Assembly: GCA_020852955.1 (NCBI GenBank)
Contig: JADYZW010000047.1
Location: forward strand, 24,436-88,435
Length of the DNA stretch: 64,000 nucleotides
Direction of reading: 5' to 3'
Source: Deltaproteobacteria bacterium
GTDB taxonomy: Bacteria; Desulfobacterota; Binatia; UTPRO1
The notes under the pieces were generated by a model. It was given only the letters and a program-made list of their open reading frames with translations. It had not been told where the DNA came from and ran no database searches. Numbering within the stretch: the first letter of the stretch is position 1; the number at the start of each line of letters is the position of its first letter. Below, in pieces: positions 38,156-46,461 of the stretch. Position numbers and translations under genes: made by a program.

Positions 38156-41100
38156 CTAGCGACGTCCCGGGAGGAGACGCTCTTCCTCGGGCGCGGCCGG
38201 CTGTACGACGGGCCCGCCGATCGGGCCCATGCCCGCCTCGGGAAGCTCGGGGCGCAGAAAGGCCCGAGGCTTCGCGGGGGCCGAGTTGGCGACCGTGAAG
38301 ACCTCGCCCCCGTGCATGAAGAGGCGTTCCATTTCGGGGCGGGTGAAGGGCCGCGCGCCGAGCCGGCCGAATACGGCCACCTGATGGCCGCTCTCGTCGA
38401 CCGCTCGGTCGCGCTCGAGGCCGCGGGACAGCGCGACGGCCGGCCCATGCGTGTGGCGGGTGGCGATGAGCCGCGGCGTCGGGATCGGACTGAATCCGGC
38501 GCTTCCCGGGGTCTCTCCCGGAGTGACGAGTTGGAGGATGCGCAGGCCGTTCTTCCCGTCCGCGACATAGGCGAAGACGCTGGCGTCGGTGCCGCCGACC
38601 CGCACCGCACGGGTATCGTCGAGGGTGCCATTGGCGTCGAACATCTGGAAGAGGACGGGCCTGGTCGGGCGTTCGACGTCGACGATCGCGAGGCCCTGCG
38701 ATCCGGCCGGCACGTAGGCGTAGGTGCGCGAGACGGTGAGGTCGCCGGCTTCCGCAATGTCGAGCGACGCCACGAAGCGCGGCTGGTCGAGGCGCGTCAC
38801 GTCGAGCACGCGCAGGCCGCGGGCGTCGGTCACGAACGCGTAGCGGAACTGGACCTGCACCGCGCGGGGCTCGACGACGTCCGGCGCACCCACCTCCGAC
38901 ACGATCCGCGGATGGACCGGGTCGGCGATGCTCACGACGACGAGGCCGCGCTTACACAGCACGTAGGCGTACTCGCCGGCGATCGTGACGTAGCGAGCGT
39001 CGTCGAGCGCGCCCGCCGGATTGAAGCTCGCGACCTTCTCCAGGAAGTTGTTGAGCGGATCGCCATCGGCGAGCATGTCGACGTCCACCACGACGAGCCC
39101 TTCGACCTTGTCGCTCACGTAGGCGTACTTGTAGATCGGGTGCATCGGCTGCTCTTCGTTCGCCGGGTCGCGCTCGCGCCCGTAGTGGATCGGTTGGTTC
39201 GTCGGCAGCGCGACGCCGGTGGCCCACGGCGTCTTCACGTAAGCGCGTTGCCCGAGCGGCGAGACCGGAGCGGTGACGATGCGCTCCGAGAAGCCCTTGT
39301 TGTCGGTGTTGGCGACGTCGAAGACCCGGAACCCGCCCGGCCCGTTGGCGACGTAGAGGTACTCGCCGCGGAGTTGGACCGACTGCACGTCGACGGCCCG
39401 GCTCGCGAGGTCGACGCCCGGATGCTCGTACGCCTCCTGGAGTTCCAGGTCGTGATCGAGGTGGGTCTGGAAATTGTCGGGGTACACCATGCGGTGCAGG
39501 TTCGAGCCGATCACCGCCTGCGGCTCGTCCCATTCCGTCACGGCGACGGCCTCGAGCCCGTGCTCGCCCTCGCCGACCCACGCGAAGCGGCCGACGAAGT
39601 TCACGAAGTTCGTCCCGAGCGTCAGCACCTGCGCCATCCAGGCGTTGTTGTCGCCGTTCGCCGACACGTGGCAGTCGTCGCACTGCCGCGTCTCCCTGGC
39701 GCGCACCGTGTGCGCGAAGTGGGCGTTGAACGCCTGCGAGCTGTAACCTTCGGCCGAGACGGGCGGCTGCTGGTAGTACTGCCGCTCGCGGTTCGCGTTG
39801 GTGGTGCTGATGATGACGGCGCTCGACGAGCGCACCGGCGCGACCGTGTGGCCCTTCACCGTGCTGTGCCGGCCGAGCATGAAGATGTCGTGGCGCAGCA
39901 CTTGCGGATTGTACGAGGTCCAGTTGCGGGTCTCGCCGCCGTCGTAGTGCTTCTTCGCGATCTTCCAGTTCGCCTGCTGCGGCAGGTGGCAGCCGAAGCA
40001 GCTCGTCACCCACGACGTGTGGCACGCGATGCACGACATCTTGTCGGCGCCGTGCGCGAGCGCATCGGTCTTTTCGGGCACGTCGCCCCAGGTCTTGCCG
40101 TCGGCGCGCATCGTCTTCGCGAGGCGCGCCTTCTCGCTGTAGTGCTTGGAGAGCGGGTCGATCACGTCGACGACCTGCGGCACCTCCCACTCCTTGCCCT
40201 CCTCGAGCATCGAGCGCTGAATCAGCTCGCCGCCGATCCATTCGAAGCGCCGCTCGCCCCAGGGCGTGAGGCCGGTGAGGAGGTTCGTACCCCCGTCCGG
40301 CGCCGCCGGGCCGCTCGTCGTGACGGTCGCCCAGGTGTTCACGGTCCCGTGACAATCGACGCAGCCGATCTCGATCGCGTCGGGATACTCGCCGTAGATC
40401 TTGCCGTTGGAGTGGACGTCCTGCTGGAAGTGGCAGTCCACGCAGTGCATGCCCTTCTCGAGGTGGATGTCCTTCAGGTGCACGGCCTTGTCGAACTTCT
40501 TCGGGTCGTTCGGGTCGACGATCGTGCCGTTCTTGTCGAGGAGATTGCCCTTGCGGTCCTGGCTGTAGACGGCGCGGAAGATCCAGCCGTGGCCGTGATA
40601 GTCGGCGAAGGTCGTCTCCTTGGTCTTGGCATTGAGGTCGCTGACGTTCTTCAGAAACTCGCGGTCGGTCCAGAGTCCGCGGATGGCGGCCTCTTCCGGG
40701 TTGTGGTCGAGGCTCCTGTGCATGGGCTCGTAGTCCGCGACGTTGAGCGGCCATGGCTTGTCCACCGTCCGATGCCGCTGCTCGGCCGGCCAGAGCAGCT
40801 GGCCGTCGGTCTCGTAGTCCCACATCTGGTAGCCGAGGAACGTGTTCACGAACGAGTTCGGCTGGTGCATGTGGCAGACCATGCACTGGCTCGTCGGGAT
40901 CGCGCGCGTGAGGCGGTGCTCGATCGGGTGACCGGACTCGTCCTTCGGGATCGTCGGGTCCTTGCCGAAGTAGCGGCCGTCGTGGCCGTATTTCGCGTAC
41001 GACGCGGAGTGCGCCGGATCCTTGTCGTTGGCGTAGACGACGTGGCAGCCGGTGCAGCCGCTCGAGCGATAGTCGCCGGGGTGGTCGTTGGTGCCGAGAA

Positions 41101-42082
41101 ACGAGAGGTGCGGGTCGTTCAGGCGCGTCTTCTGGATGTTCAGCACGCCGGCGCTGATGCGGAGGTCGGTGCCGAGCCCGCGCGTGCCGAACTTCATGTC
41201 CGGCTTGCCGGGGAGATCGGGGAGCGGGCCGAGCCCAGGGTTCCCGACCTCGGACACGACCGAACGGTCGATCTTGCCCCCGCGCTCGAAGGCGCGGAGC
41301 GGATCGGGAGGCTGCGCGACGTTCCAGGCCGGAAGCGGCAGGAGGAACGGCAGCACGCCCTTGCGCCGCTCCTCGGGCGTCGGCGGCGGCACGGTATTGA
41401 GCTTCCGCGGCTTCCCGTCCCTCGTGTACGACTCGCCGACGATGTAGCGCTTGGCCGGCAGGATCCCGTTGTTGTACGCGGCGCCGCCCCAGAGCAGCGC
41501 CGACGTCGTCATGAGGCTGCGCTCGACCTGGCGCACCTCGTTCAGGTGGCACCCGCCGCAGGTCTCCGGAGCGACGCGGAGATCCCCGGGATTGATGAAC
41601 TGCAGGTATTCCGGCGACTCCTCGTTCAGCGCGGTGTAGCTGCGCTCGGGATTCGCGGAGCTGATCCGGTCATGGTTCTTCGGATCGCGCCAGACGTCGG
41701 GGCGGCGCGGGGCCACGTGCGCGTCCCGCTGCGCCGCCGCGTACTCGTCGGTGCCGGGCTTGGCGCCGCGCGCGCTCGCCTGCACGTTGCCTCCGTGGCA
41801 ATCGACGCAGCCGAGGTTCACCTGCCCCGAGACGTGCATCGGCTCGATGCCCTGATGGCAGGAGAGGCAGCCGGCGCTCTTCGCGTCGGCCTCGCCCTGC
41901 GTCTGGCGCAGGAGCTTCGGCGCGCTGTCCGGGATGCCGCCGACGCCCGGCTCGTGTGCCGCCGCCCCCGCCCCGGTCGCCGTCGTCTCGTCGGCCCGTA
42001 CGGGGCCGGTCACGCCGGTGGCCGCCATGACCGCCAGCGCCGACGCCACGCCGACGCCGACCCATCGCGTTCGATCGCTCAT
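38156..42082 (-). CDS. Decahaem c-type cytochrome fused to a C-terminal LVIVD-repeat beta-propeller
   Basis: Start re-called at ATG 42082 (gggagggtgga RBS; signal peptide MSDRTRWVGVGVASALAVMAATGVTGPVRA). The ten CxxCH motifs are CLSCH, CVDCH, CGGCH, CTGCH, CMVCH, CVDCH, CVDCH, CIACH, CFGCH, CDDCH. Six or more LVIVD-like units lie at about 38525-39380 (YLYVANGPGGFRVFDV, YAYVSDKVEGLVVVDV, YAYVLCKRGLVVVSI, YAFVTDARGLRVLDV, YAYVPAGSQGLAIVDV, FAYVADGKNGLRILQL). Confidence 0.85.
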   Translation of the reverse strand: MSDRTRWVGVGVASALAVMAATGVTGPVRADETTATGAGAAAHEPGVGGIPDSAPKLLRQTQGEADAKSAGCLSCHQGIEPMHVSGQVNLGCVDCHGGNVQASARGAKPGTDEYAAAQRDAHVAPRRPDVWRDPKNHDRISSANPERSYTALNEESPEYLQFINPGDLRVAPETCGGCHLNEVRQVERSLMTTSALLWGGAAYNNGILPAKRYIVGESYTRDGKPRKLNTVPPPTPEERRKGVLPFLLPLPAWNVAQPPDPLRAFERGGKIDRSVVSEVGNPGLGPLPDLPGKPDMKFGTRGLGTDLRISAGVLNIQKTRLNDPHLSFLGTNDHPGDYRSSGCTGCHVVYANDKDPAHSASYAKYGHDGRYFGKDPTIPKDESGHPIEHRLTRAIPTSQCMVCHMHQPNSFVNTFLGYQMWDYETDGQLLWPAEQRHRTVDKPWPLNVADYEPMHRSLDHNPEEAAIRGLWTDREFLKNVSDLNAKTKETTFADYHGHGWIFRAVYSQDRKGNLLDKNGTIVDPNDPKKFDKAVHLKDIHLEKGMHCVDCHFQQDVHSNGKIYGEYPDAIEIGCVDCHGTVNTWATVTTSGPAAPDGGTNLLTGLTPWGERRFEWIGGELIQRSMLEEGKEWEVPQVVDVIDPLSKHYSEKARLAKTMRADGKTWGDVPEKTDALAHGADKMSCIACHTSWVTSCFGCHLPQQANWKIAKKHYDGGETRNWTSYNPQVLRHDIFMLGRHSTVKGHTVAPVRSSSAVIISTTNANRERQYYQQPPVSAEGYSSQAFNAHFAHTVRARETRQCDDCHVSANGDNNAWMAQVLTLGTNFVNFVGRFAWVGEGEHGLEAVAVTEWDEPQAVIGSNLHRMVYPDNFQTHLDHDLELQEAYEHPGVDLASRAVDVQSVQLRGEYLYVANGPGGFRVFDVANTDNKGFSERIVTAPVSPLGQRAYVKTPWATGVALPTNQPIHYGRERDPANEEQPMHPIYKYAYVSDKVEGLVVVDVDMLADGDPLNNFLEKVASFNPAGALDDARYVTIAGEYAYVLCKRGLVVVSIADPVHPRIVSEVGAPDVVEPRAVQVQFRYAFVTDARGLRVLDVTRLDQPRFVASLDIAEAGDLTVSRTYAYVPAGSQGLAIVDVERPTRPVLFQMFDANGTLDDTRAVRVGGTDASVFAYVADGKNGLRILQLVTPGETPGSAGFSPIPTPRLIATRHTHGPAVALSRGLERDRAVDESGHQVAVFGRLGARPFTRPEMERLFMHGGEVFTVANSAPAKPRAFLRPELPEAGMGPIGGPVVQPAAPEEERLLPGRR

Positions 42083-42123
42083 CGTCCACCCTCCCATGCC
42101 GCGCCTGCCCCGCATGGGCTTCA

Positions 42124-43842
42124 TCAGAAGACCAGCACCACTTCGGTGCCGACCTGATAGAGCGTGTTGCTCTCCGTAATGTCCGTGAGCCCCCCGAACG
42201 GCTGGAGGATCGCCCCGAAGCCCTTCACGATGACGTTGTTGTTGAGGAAGGGCCGGTACTCGACGCCAAGGCTCAGGTCGATGCCGATGTCCTGGCGAAC
42301 GTCGGGCTGCTTCAGCAGGATCTGGAGCGGCTCGGTGTCGACGAACCGGAGGTAGGTGGCGTTGCCGATCAGGCTCACCTTCTGGGTGAGATCGGCCGTC
42401 GCGCCGACGTTCACCATCAGGATGCCGGGATTCACGAAGTTCGGCTGGCCCTGGGTCTTCGAGCTGCGCAGATCGGGCACGACGCTGTTGCGCTGCATGA
42501 GCGCGACGCCGCCGCGATCGGTGACGCGGATCGATTGGCGCTGCCAGTAGCCGAAGTTGCCGCCCATGATCTGCGGGTTGTCGAGGATCGTGTCGAAGCC
42601 CCGCGCGGTGTCGTCGCGCGGGTCGCTGTCGCCGGACGACCAGAAGACCGACGCCTGGTAGCGCATCCAGTCGCGGTCCATCGAGAGCTCGAGGAACGCC
42701 TGCTGCGCCTCGATGTCCACGTCGCGTCCCGCGATCGGGTTCGACGTGTCGTGACCGAGGGCCTGGTAGAAGGCGTGGCTGACGTTCACCCAGCCGAGGT
42801 GCCCCTCGCCGGTCCACCCGAGGTAGAAGACGTCGAGGTTGTGGGGCCGCGCGATGCCGACGGGATCGGGCCGGACCAGGAAGCCCTGGTTGTCGAAGAC
42901 GAACCCCGCGTCCTTCCCGTCGTCGTTCAGGTAGTGGACGCTGAACTGGGTCGTGTAGCCGAGCTTCAGGAAGTCCTGGATGTAGAGGTTGCCGATCGCG
43001 ATCTGCTGGTCGCGCAGACCGAACGTGTTGAGGTCCGAGTTCGTGTCCTTCTCCGCCGGATAGAAATACGCGAGGTTGTACTGGTAGCGGTTCGAATTGG
43101 CGTTGCCGAAGAACCGGATGCCCTGGTTCACGTCCGAGAAGACGAGGCTCCGGAAGTCGCTGTTGAACGGCTGCCGGCCGATCTTCGTCGAGAGGAAGTC
43201 GTAGTTCACCGAGGTGTCGAGGAGGTGGATCTCGACGAAGGCCTCCTGCAGGGCCGCGTGGGTCGTGAGCCGATCGGTCGCGTCGCGGACGTCGGGATCG
43301 ACGAGACCGTTCTCACCGGTCGCGAGCAGGTTCACGTCGAAGGCGCCCGCGAGGACGATCTGCCATTCGAACGGCTTGAACGACGTCTGGCCCTTCTGCA
43401 GCTCGAATCGCGTCACGAACTTCTGATCGAAAAGGATCGCGTTGCGGTTCCCGAAGAAATCGAAGCTGCCCGGGTCCTCGGTGGACACGCCGCTCGGCGA
43501 CGGCGCGCCTCGGCCCTCGACGCTCGTCTTCGAAATGCCGGTCAGCTTCATGAAGACGTCGTCGCCGAGGATCGGTATGTCGCCCTTGAGCACGTTCTGG
43601 TTGTAGGGATCCCACCAGTGGCCCTTGGTGTTGAGTTGGTAGGGCGGCAGCTCCATCCGCCAGCGATCCTCGAAGAGCTCCGTCGCGGGCGTATCGCTGC
43701 CGACCGCCGGGCTCTCGACCGTGACGCTCGGTCCGCCCCCGGGAGCGTCCTCGGCCCGCGCTGACGGCGCGGCGAGCGCCCACGCGAGCACGGCGGCGCA
43801 GGCGACGAACGGAACGACGTCGTGACGCGCGCGGCGGGCCAT
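42124..43842 (-). CDS. Outer-membrane beta-barrel protein (porin-like partner of the cytochrome)
   Basis: Start re-called at ATG 43842 (MARRARHDVVPFVACAAVLAWALAAPSARA signal peptide). It shows an alternating amphipathic strand pattern, abundant Tyr/Asn/Gly/Asp, and a C-terminal ...YQVGTEVVLVF ending in Phe, as in the OMP beta-signal. Confidence 0.75.
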   Translation of the reverse strand: MARRARHDVVPFVACAAVLAWALAAPSARAEDAPGGGPSVTVESPAVGSDTPATELFEDRWRMELPPYQLNTKGHWWDPYNQNVLKGDIPILGDDVFMKLTGISKTSVEGRGAPSPSGVSTEDPGSFDFFGNRNAILFDQKFVTRFELQKGQTSFKPFEWQIVLAGAFDVNLLATGENGLVDPDVRDATDRLTTHAALQEAFVEIHLLDTSVNYDFLSTKIGRQPFNSDFRSLVFSDVNQGIRFFGNANSNRYQYNLAYFYPAEKDTNSDLNTFGLRDQQIAIGNLYIQDFLKLGYTTQFSVHYLNDDGKDAGFVFDNQGFLVRPDPVGIARPHNLDVFYLGWTGEGHLGWVNVSHAFYQALGHDTSNPIAGRDVDIEAQQAFLELSMDRDWMRYQASVFWSSGDSDPRDDTARGFDTILDNPQIMGGNFGYWQRQSIRVTDRGGVALMQRNSVVPDLRSSKTQGQPNFVNPGILMVNVGATADLTQKVSLIGNATYLRFVDTEPLQILLKQPDVRQDIGIDLSLGVEYRPFLNNNVIVKGFGAILQPFGGLTDITESNTLYQVGTEVVLVF

Positions 43843-44543
43843 CACCAACTCCCCCACAGCCACAGCGCCGCCGCCACCAGCGCCCCGATCGCGAGCACGA
43901 GCCACCGCCGGCCGCCGGGCTTCGCGCCCGTCCCGGCTCCCTCTTCCGCCGCCGGAGCGCCGCGCTCGTCGAGGAAGATCAGCTCGTCGCCTCCGAGCTG
44001 CACTCGCATTTTGTGCGTCAAGGGAACCTCCTCCTTCACCTGTGTGCCGTCCACCAGCACGACCTTCCCGGTGACCGGCGTGAGGTACCAGTGGCCGTCG
44101 CGCACCGTCAGCTGCGCGTGCTCGCGCGACGCCGTCTGCGAATAGAGCCGGAGGTCGCACGAGGGCAGCCGGCCCATCAGATAGTGCGCGCGCTCGAGCG
44201 TGACGATGTCGGAGCGTCCCGGCGGCTGCACGCGCTGGAGGCGCGCCGGCGGCGGCGCCTGCGGCTGGAGGTCGGCGAGCAGGATCGTGTGCTCCGCGAA
44301 GTCGCCGCCCGCGGCCGGAGCCGTCGGCACGATCGTCCCGGGCGTCGCGGACGTCTTCGGCATCGGAGGCGGCGTCGCCGCGAGGCGCGTCGACTCGTCG
44401 AGCGGCGGCGCCGGGCTCGCGGGCGCGGCGGGTGTCGGCGGGGACGGAGGCGACGAGACTTGCGGCGCCCCCGGCAGCTTCGGCGGCGCGCCGCCGATCC
44501 GCGTGTGCTCGTCGAATCCCGTGTCGTCCCCGTCCTTCGCCAT
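43842..44543 (-). CDS. Tail-anchored FHA-domain protein
   Basis: A Pro/Ala-rich disordered N-terminus is followed by an FHA core (YLMGRLPSCDLRLYSQTASREHAQLTVRDGHWYLTPVTGKVVLVDG) and a single C-terminal TM helix (WLVLAIGALVAAALWLWGSW). Its stop overlaps the barrel ATG by 1 nt (TGATG). Confidence 0.8.
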   Translation of the reverse strand: MAKDGDDTGFDEHTRIGGAPPKLPGAPQVSSPPSPPTPAAPASPAPPLDESTRLAATPPPMPKTSATPGTIVPTAPAAGGDFAEHTILLADLQPQAPPPARLQRVQPPGRSDIVTLERAHYLMGRLPSCDLRLYSQTASREHAQLTVRDGHWYLTPVTGKVVLVDGTQVKEEVPLTHKMRVQLGGDELIFLDERGAPAAEEGAGTGAKPGGRRWLVLAIGALVAAALWLWGSW

Positions 44544-44587
44544 CGCTCGTGCTCGCGCCTACCTCGCCGCGCCTCGGCGACGCGCCG

Positions 44588-46432
44588 TCACTGATTGGGC
44601 TGCCGGTTGAACTTGAGGTACGGCAGCCGCACGCCGCGCACCTTCACCCGATCCGCGCGGATCGCCGACGGCGGCTCGAAGCCCGGTGGGGCGTTCGCGC
44701 CCGCGTTCGTCACGATGTCGTCCTGCTCGACACCGTCGCCGCTGACGCCGAAGCCCCCGATCAGCGTGCCGTCCCGGTAGAGCGGGGCACTGCCGGGAAA
44801 GAAGACGATGCCGTTCTGCCGTCCGTTCTCCGGCTCCTGGCCGTTGGTGCACGGATTCGCCGAGTCGAAGAGGAACACGCGCCGGAACGGGCCGGGCTGC
44901 GTGCCGTCGATGCCGGACGGAAAGAGCGGCTGCGCGCCGAAGCTCAGCGTGCGGTTGGTGATCGCCGTCCCGGGCTCGTAGGCCGTGCCGATCGTGACGT
45001 CGAGGCCCGGGCTGTCCCGCGTGTCGACGGGATCGATCGCCGGGTTGCTGAACCAGATCACGTTGCGCGACTTGGCGACGGCGACGTCGATCGAGAAGAC
45101 GGTCGCATCGTCCATACGATAGAGGCCGAGCAGCACGCCGTTGGCGTCCGAGACGGCGAGTATCATCGCGGTGCGCTCCTCGAGCGGCAGCCGGATCGCG
45201 GCGCGGGTCCTGCGCGCCTCCGCCACGCCCGTGTCGATGATCGCGCGCACCTCGGCGGCGCCGATCGGCGGCACGCCCGGCGAGGAATCGCGCGGACCGA
45301 CGAGCCAGCCGCCCGGCACGACGTCCGCGGCGGGCGCGCCCGCCGGGTCCATCACGAACGAGAGGGCGCGCGCGACGGGGCCCGAGCCGGCCTCGACCGG
45401 GGGATCGTTCGCGACCTCGGGCACCTCGATGCCGTCGATGAAGATCACCGGGTCGATGCGCTGAACGTTCGGCAGAATGCTGAAGGTGCAGGGACTCACC
45501 GGGTCCGCGCAACACGCCGGGCGTGCGATCGCGGTGTTGGCGCAGACGTTCACGAGCCCCTTGTCGACGACGGTCGGCACCACCGCCTTCACGTCGCCGG
45601 CGAAGGCGCGTGCGGCGAACTCGCCGACGTCGAAGTCCGGGTCGCCGTCCTGCCGGCGCAGCACGACGTCGCCCTCGGGCGCGGCCTCGGAATCGGGTCC
45701 GGGATCCTGGCCGCGCAGGAAGACGCCGATGCCGCCCGCCAAGCGTCCGTTCTTGAAGATCGGCACGCCGCCCGGAAGGGTCGCGATGCCGGTCGTGCAT
45801 CCGGCGCGCGACCCGCCGCTCTCGCACGCGAGCGGCGCGGCGCCGGCGAGATCGACGAGCGTCGCCGCGAGGCTGCGCGCGCGCGGGATCACCTGGTCCG
45901 CCTCGAAGAGCCCGTCGCCCGCTGCCGCGTCGAAGCTGCAGCCGCGGTTCGTGTTCTCGATGCCGAAGAGGGCGGCCGCCCCCGTGTTGTCGATGCGCGG
46001 CGGGAAGTGGATGTCGCTGATGAAGCGGATCGAGCGCGAGGTGAGCGGCGTCTGGTCGGCGCTGAAGAAAGCGGCGGTGCGCGCCAGCTGGGTCGCGAAG
46101 CTCGCGACCGCGCAATCGGTGCCCGGCGTCGGGTTCGGCGCCTCGCAGGCCGTCGCGTCGATCGCGAAGTTGGCGCCGACGCCGAGGATCACGCCGCGGC
46201 GGTCGGTCACGGCGACGACTAGATCGCGGTCGACCGCCCGCGCCGCGTGCTCCATGAGCGAACGCACCTCGTCGCGCTCAAGCGTCGGCGCCGTCGCCGC
46301 CGGCGGGGGACCCGTGCCGGGACCCTCGCCTTGTCCGGCGCCGCCGCCGCACGCGGCCAGCATCGTCACGAGCGCCGCTGCCAGCCACTCCGACCGCCTC
46401 CCGTACTGCGCCCCCATCACGGCTCTCCGCAT
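44588..46432 (-). CDS. Lipoprotein with two GlcG/HbpS-like (DUF336, haem-degrading/haem-binding family) domains
   Basis: Start re-called at ATG 46432 (…WLAAALVTMLAAC lipobox). Domain 1 reads LVVAVTDRRGVILGV...LPGGVPIFKNGRLAGGIGV. Domain 2 reads MILAVSDANGVLLGLYRMDDATVFSIDVAVAKSRN...PLYRDGTLIGGFGVSGDGVEQDDIV. Confidence 0.7.
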   Translation of the reverse strand: MRRAVMGAQYGRRSEWLAAALVTMLAACGGGAGQGEGPGTGPPPAATAPTLERDEVRSLMEHAARAVDRDLVVAVTDRRGVILGVGANFAIDATACEAPNPTPGTDCAVASFATQLARTAAFFSADQTPLTSRSIRFISDIHFPPRIDNTGAAALFGIENTNRGCSFDAAAGDGLFEADQVIPRARSLAATLVDLAGAAPLACESGGSRAGCTTGIATLPGGVPIFKNGRLAGGIGVFLRGQDPGPDSEAAPEGDVVLRRQDGDPDFDVGEFAARAFAGDVKAVVPTVVDKGLVNVCANTAIARPACCADPVSPCTFSILPNVQRIDPVIFIDGIEVPEVANDPPVEAGSGPVARALSFVMDPAGAPAADVVPGGWLVGPRDSSPGVPPIGAAEVRAIIDTGVAEARRTRAAIRLPLEERTAMILAVSDANGVLLGLYRMDDATVFSIDVAVAKSRNVIWFSNPAIDPVDTRDSPGLDVTIGTAYEPGTAITNRTLSFGAQPLFPSGIDGTQPGPFRRVFLFDSANPCTNGQEPENGRQNGIVFFPGSAPLYRDGTLIGGFGVSGDGVEQDDIVTNAGANAPPGFEPPSAIRADRVKVRGVRLPYLKFNRQPNQ

Positions 46433-46461
46433 GGCTCCGGACCCTCCAAGGATGCGCGCGC

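Noticed and set aside
35873-42157. A 2094-aa plus-strand ORF. There are many similar long ORFs, such as 4060-6510(-), 11828-13996(+), 14091-15674(-), 26123-27655(-), 55905-58493(-) and 58503-61022(-).
   Set aside because: They are Arg/Ala/Gly/Pro-rich and low in complexity, and they lie antisense or out of frame to genes with clear family signatures. This is the expected absence of stop codons in very GC-rich DNA, not real genes.
42083-42817. 5' extensions of track ORFs beyond my re-called starts: 38156-42817, 44588-47332, 30073-32946, 51424-53913, 59492-61771, 12978-15887 and 7261-9129.
   Set aside because: The extended parts overlap the upstream, well-supported gene in another frame and translate to Arg/Pro-rich junk. 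Internal starts give signal peptides or canonical N-termini, have RBS-like purine tracts, and often show ATGA/GTGA/TGATG coupling to the upstream stop.
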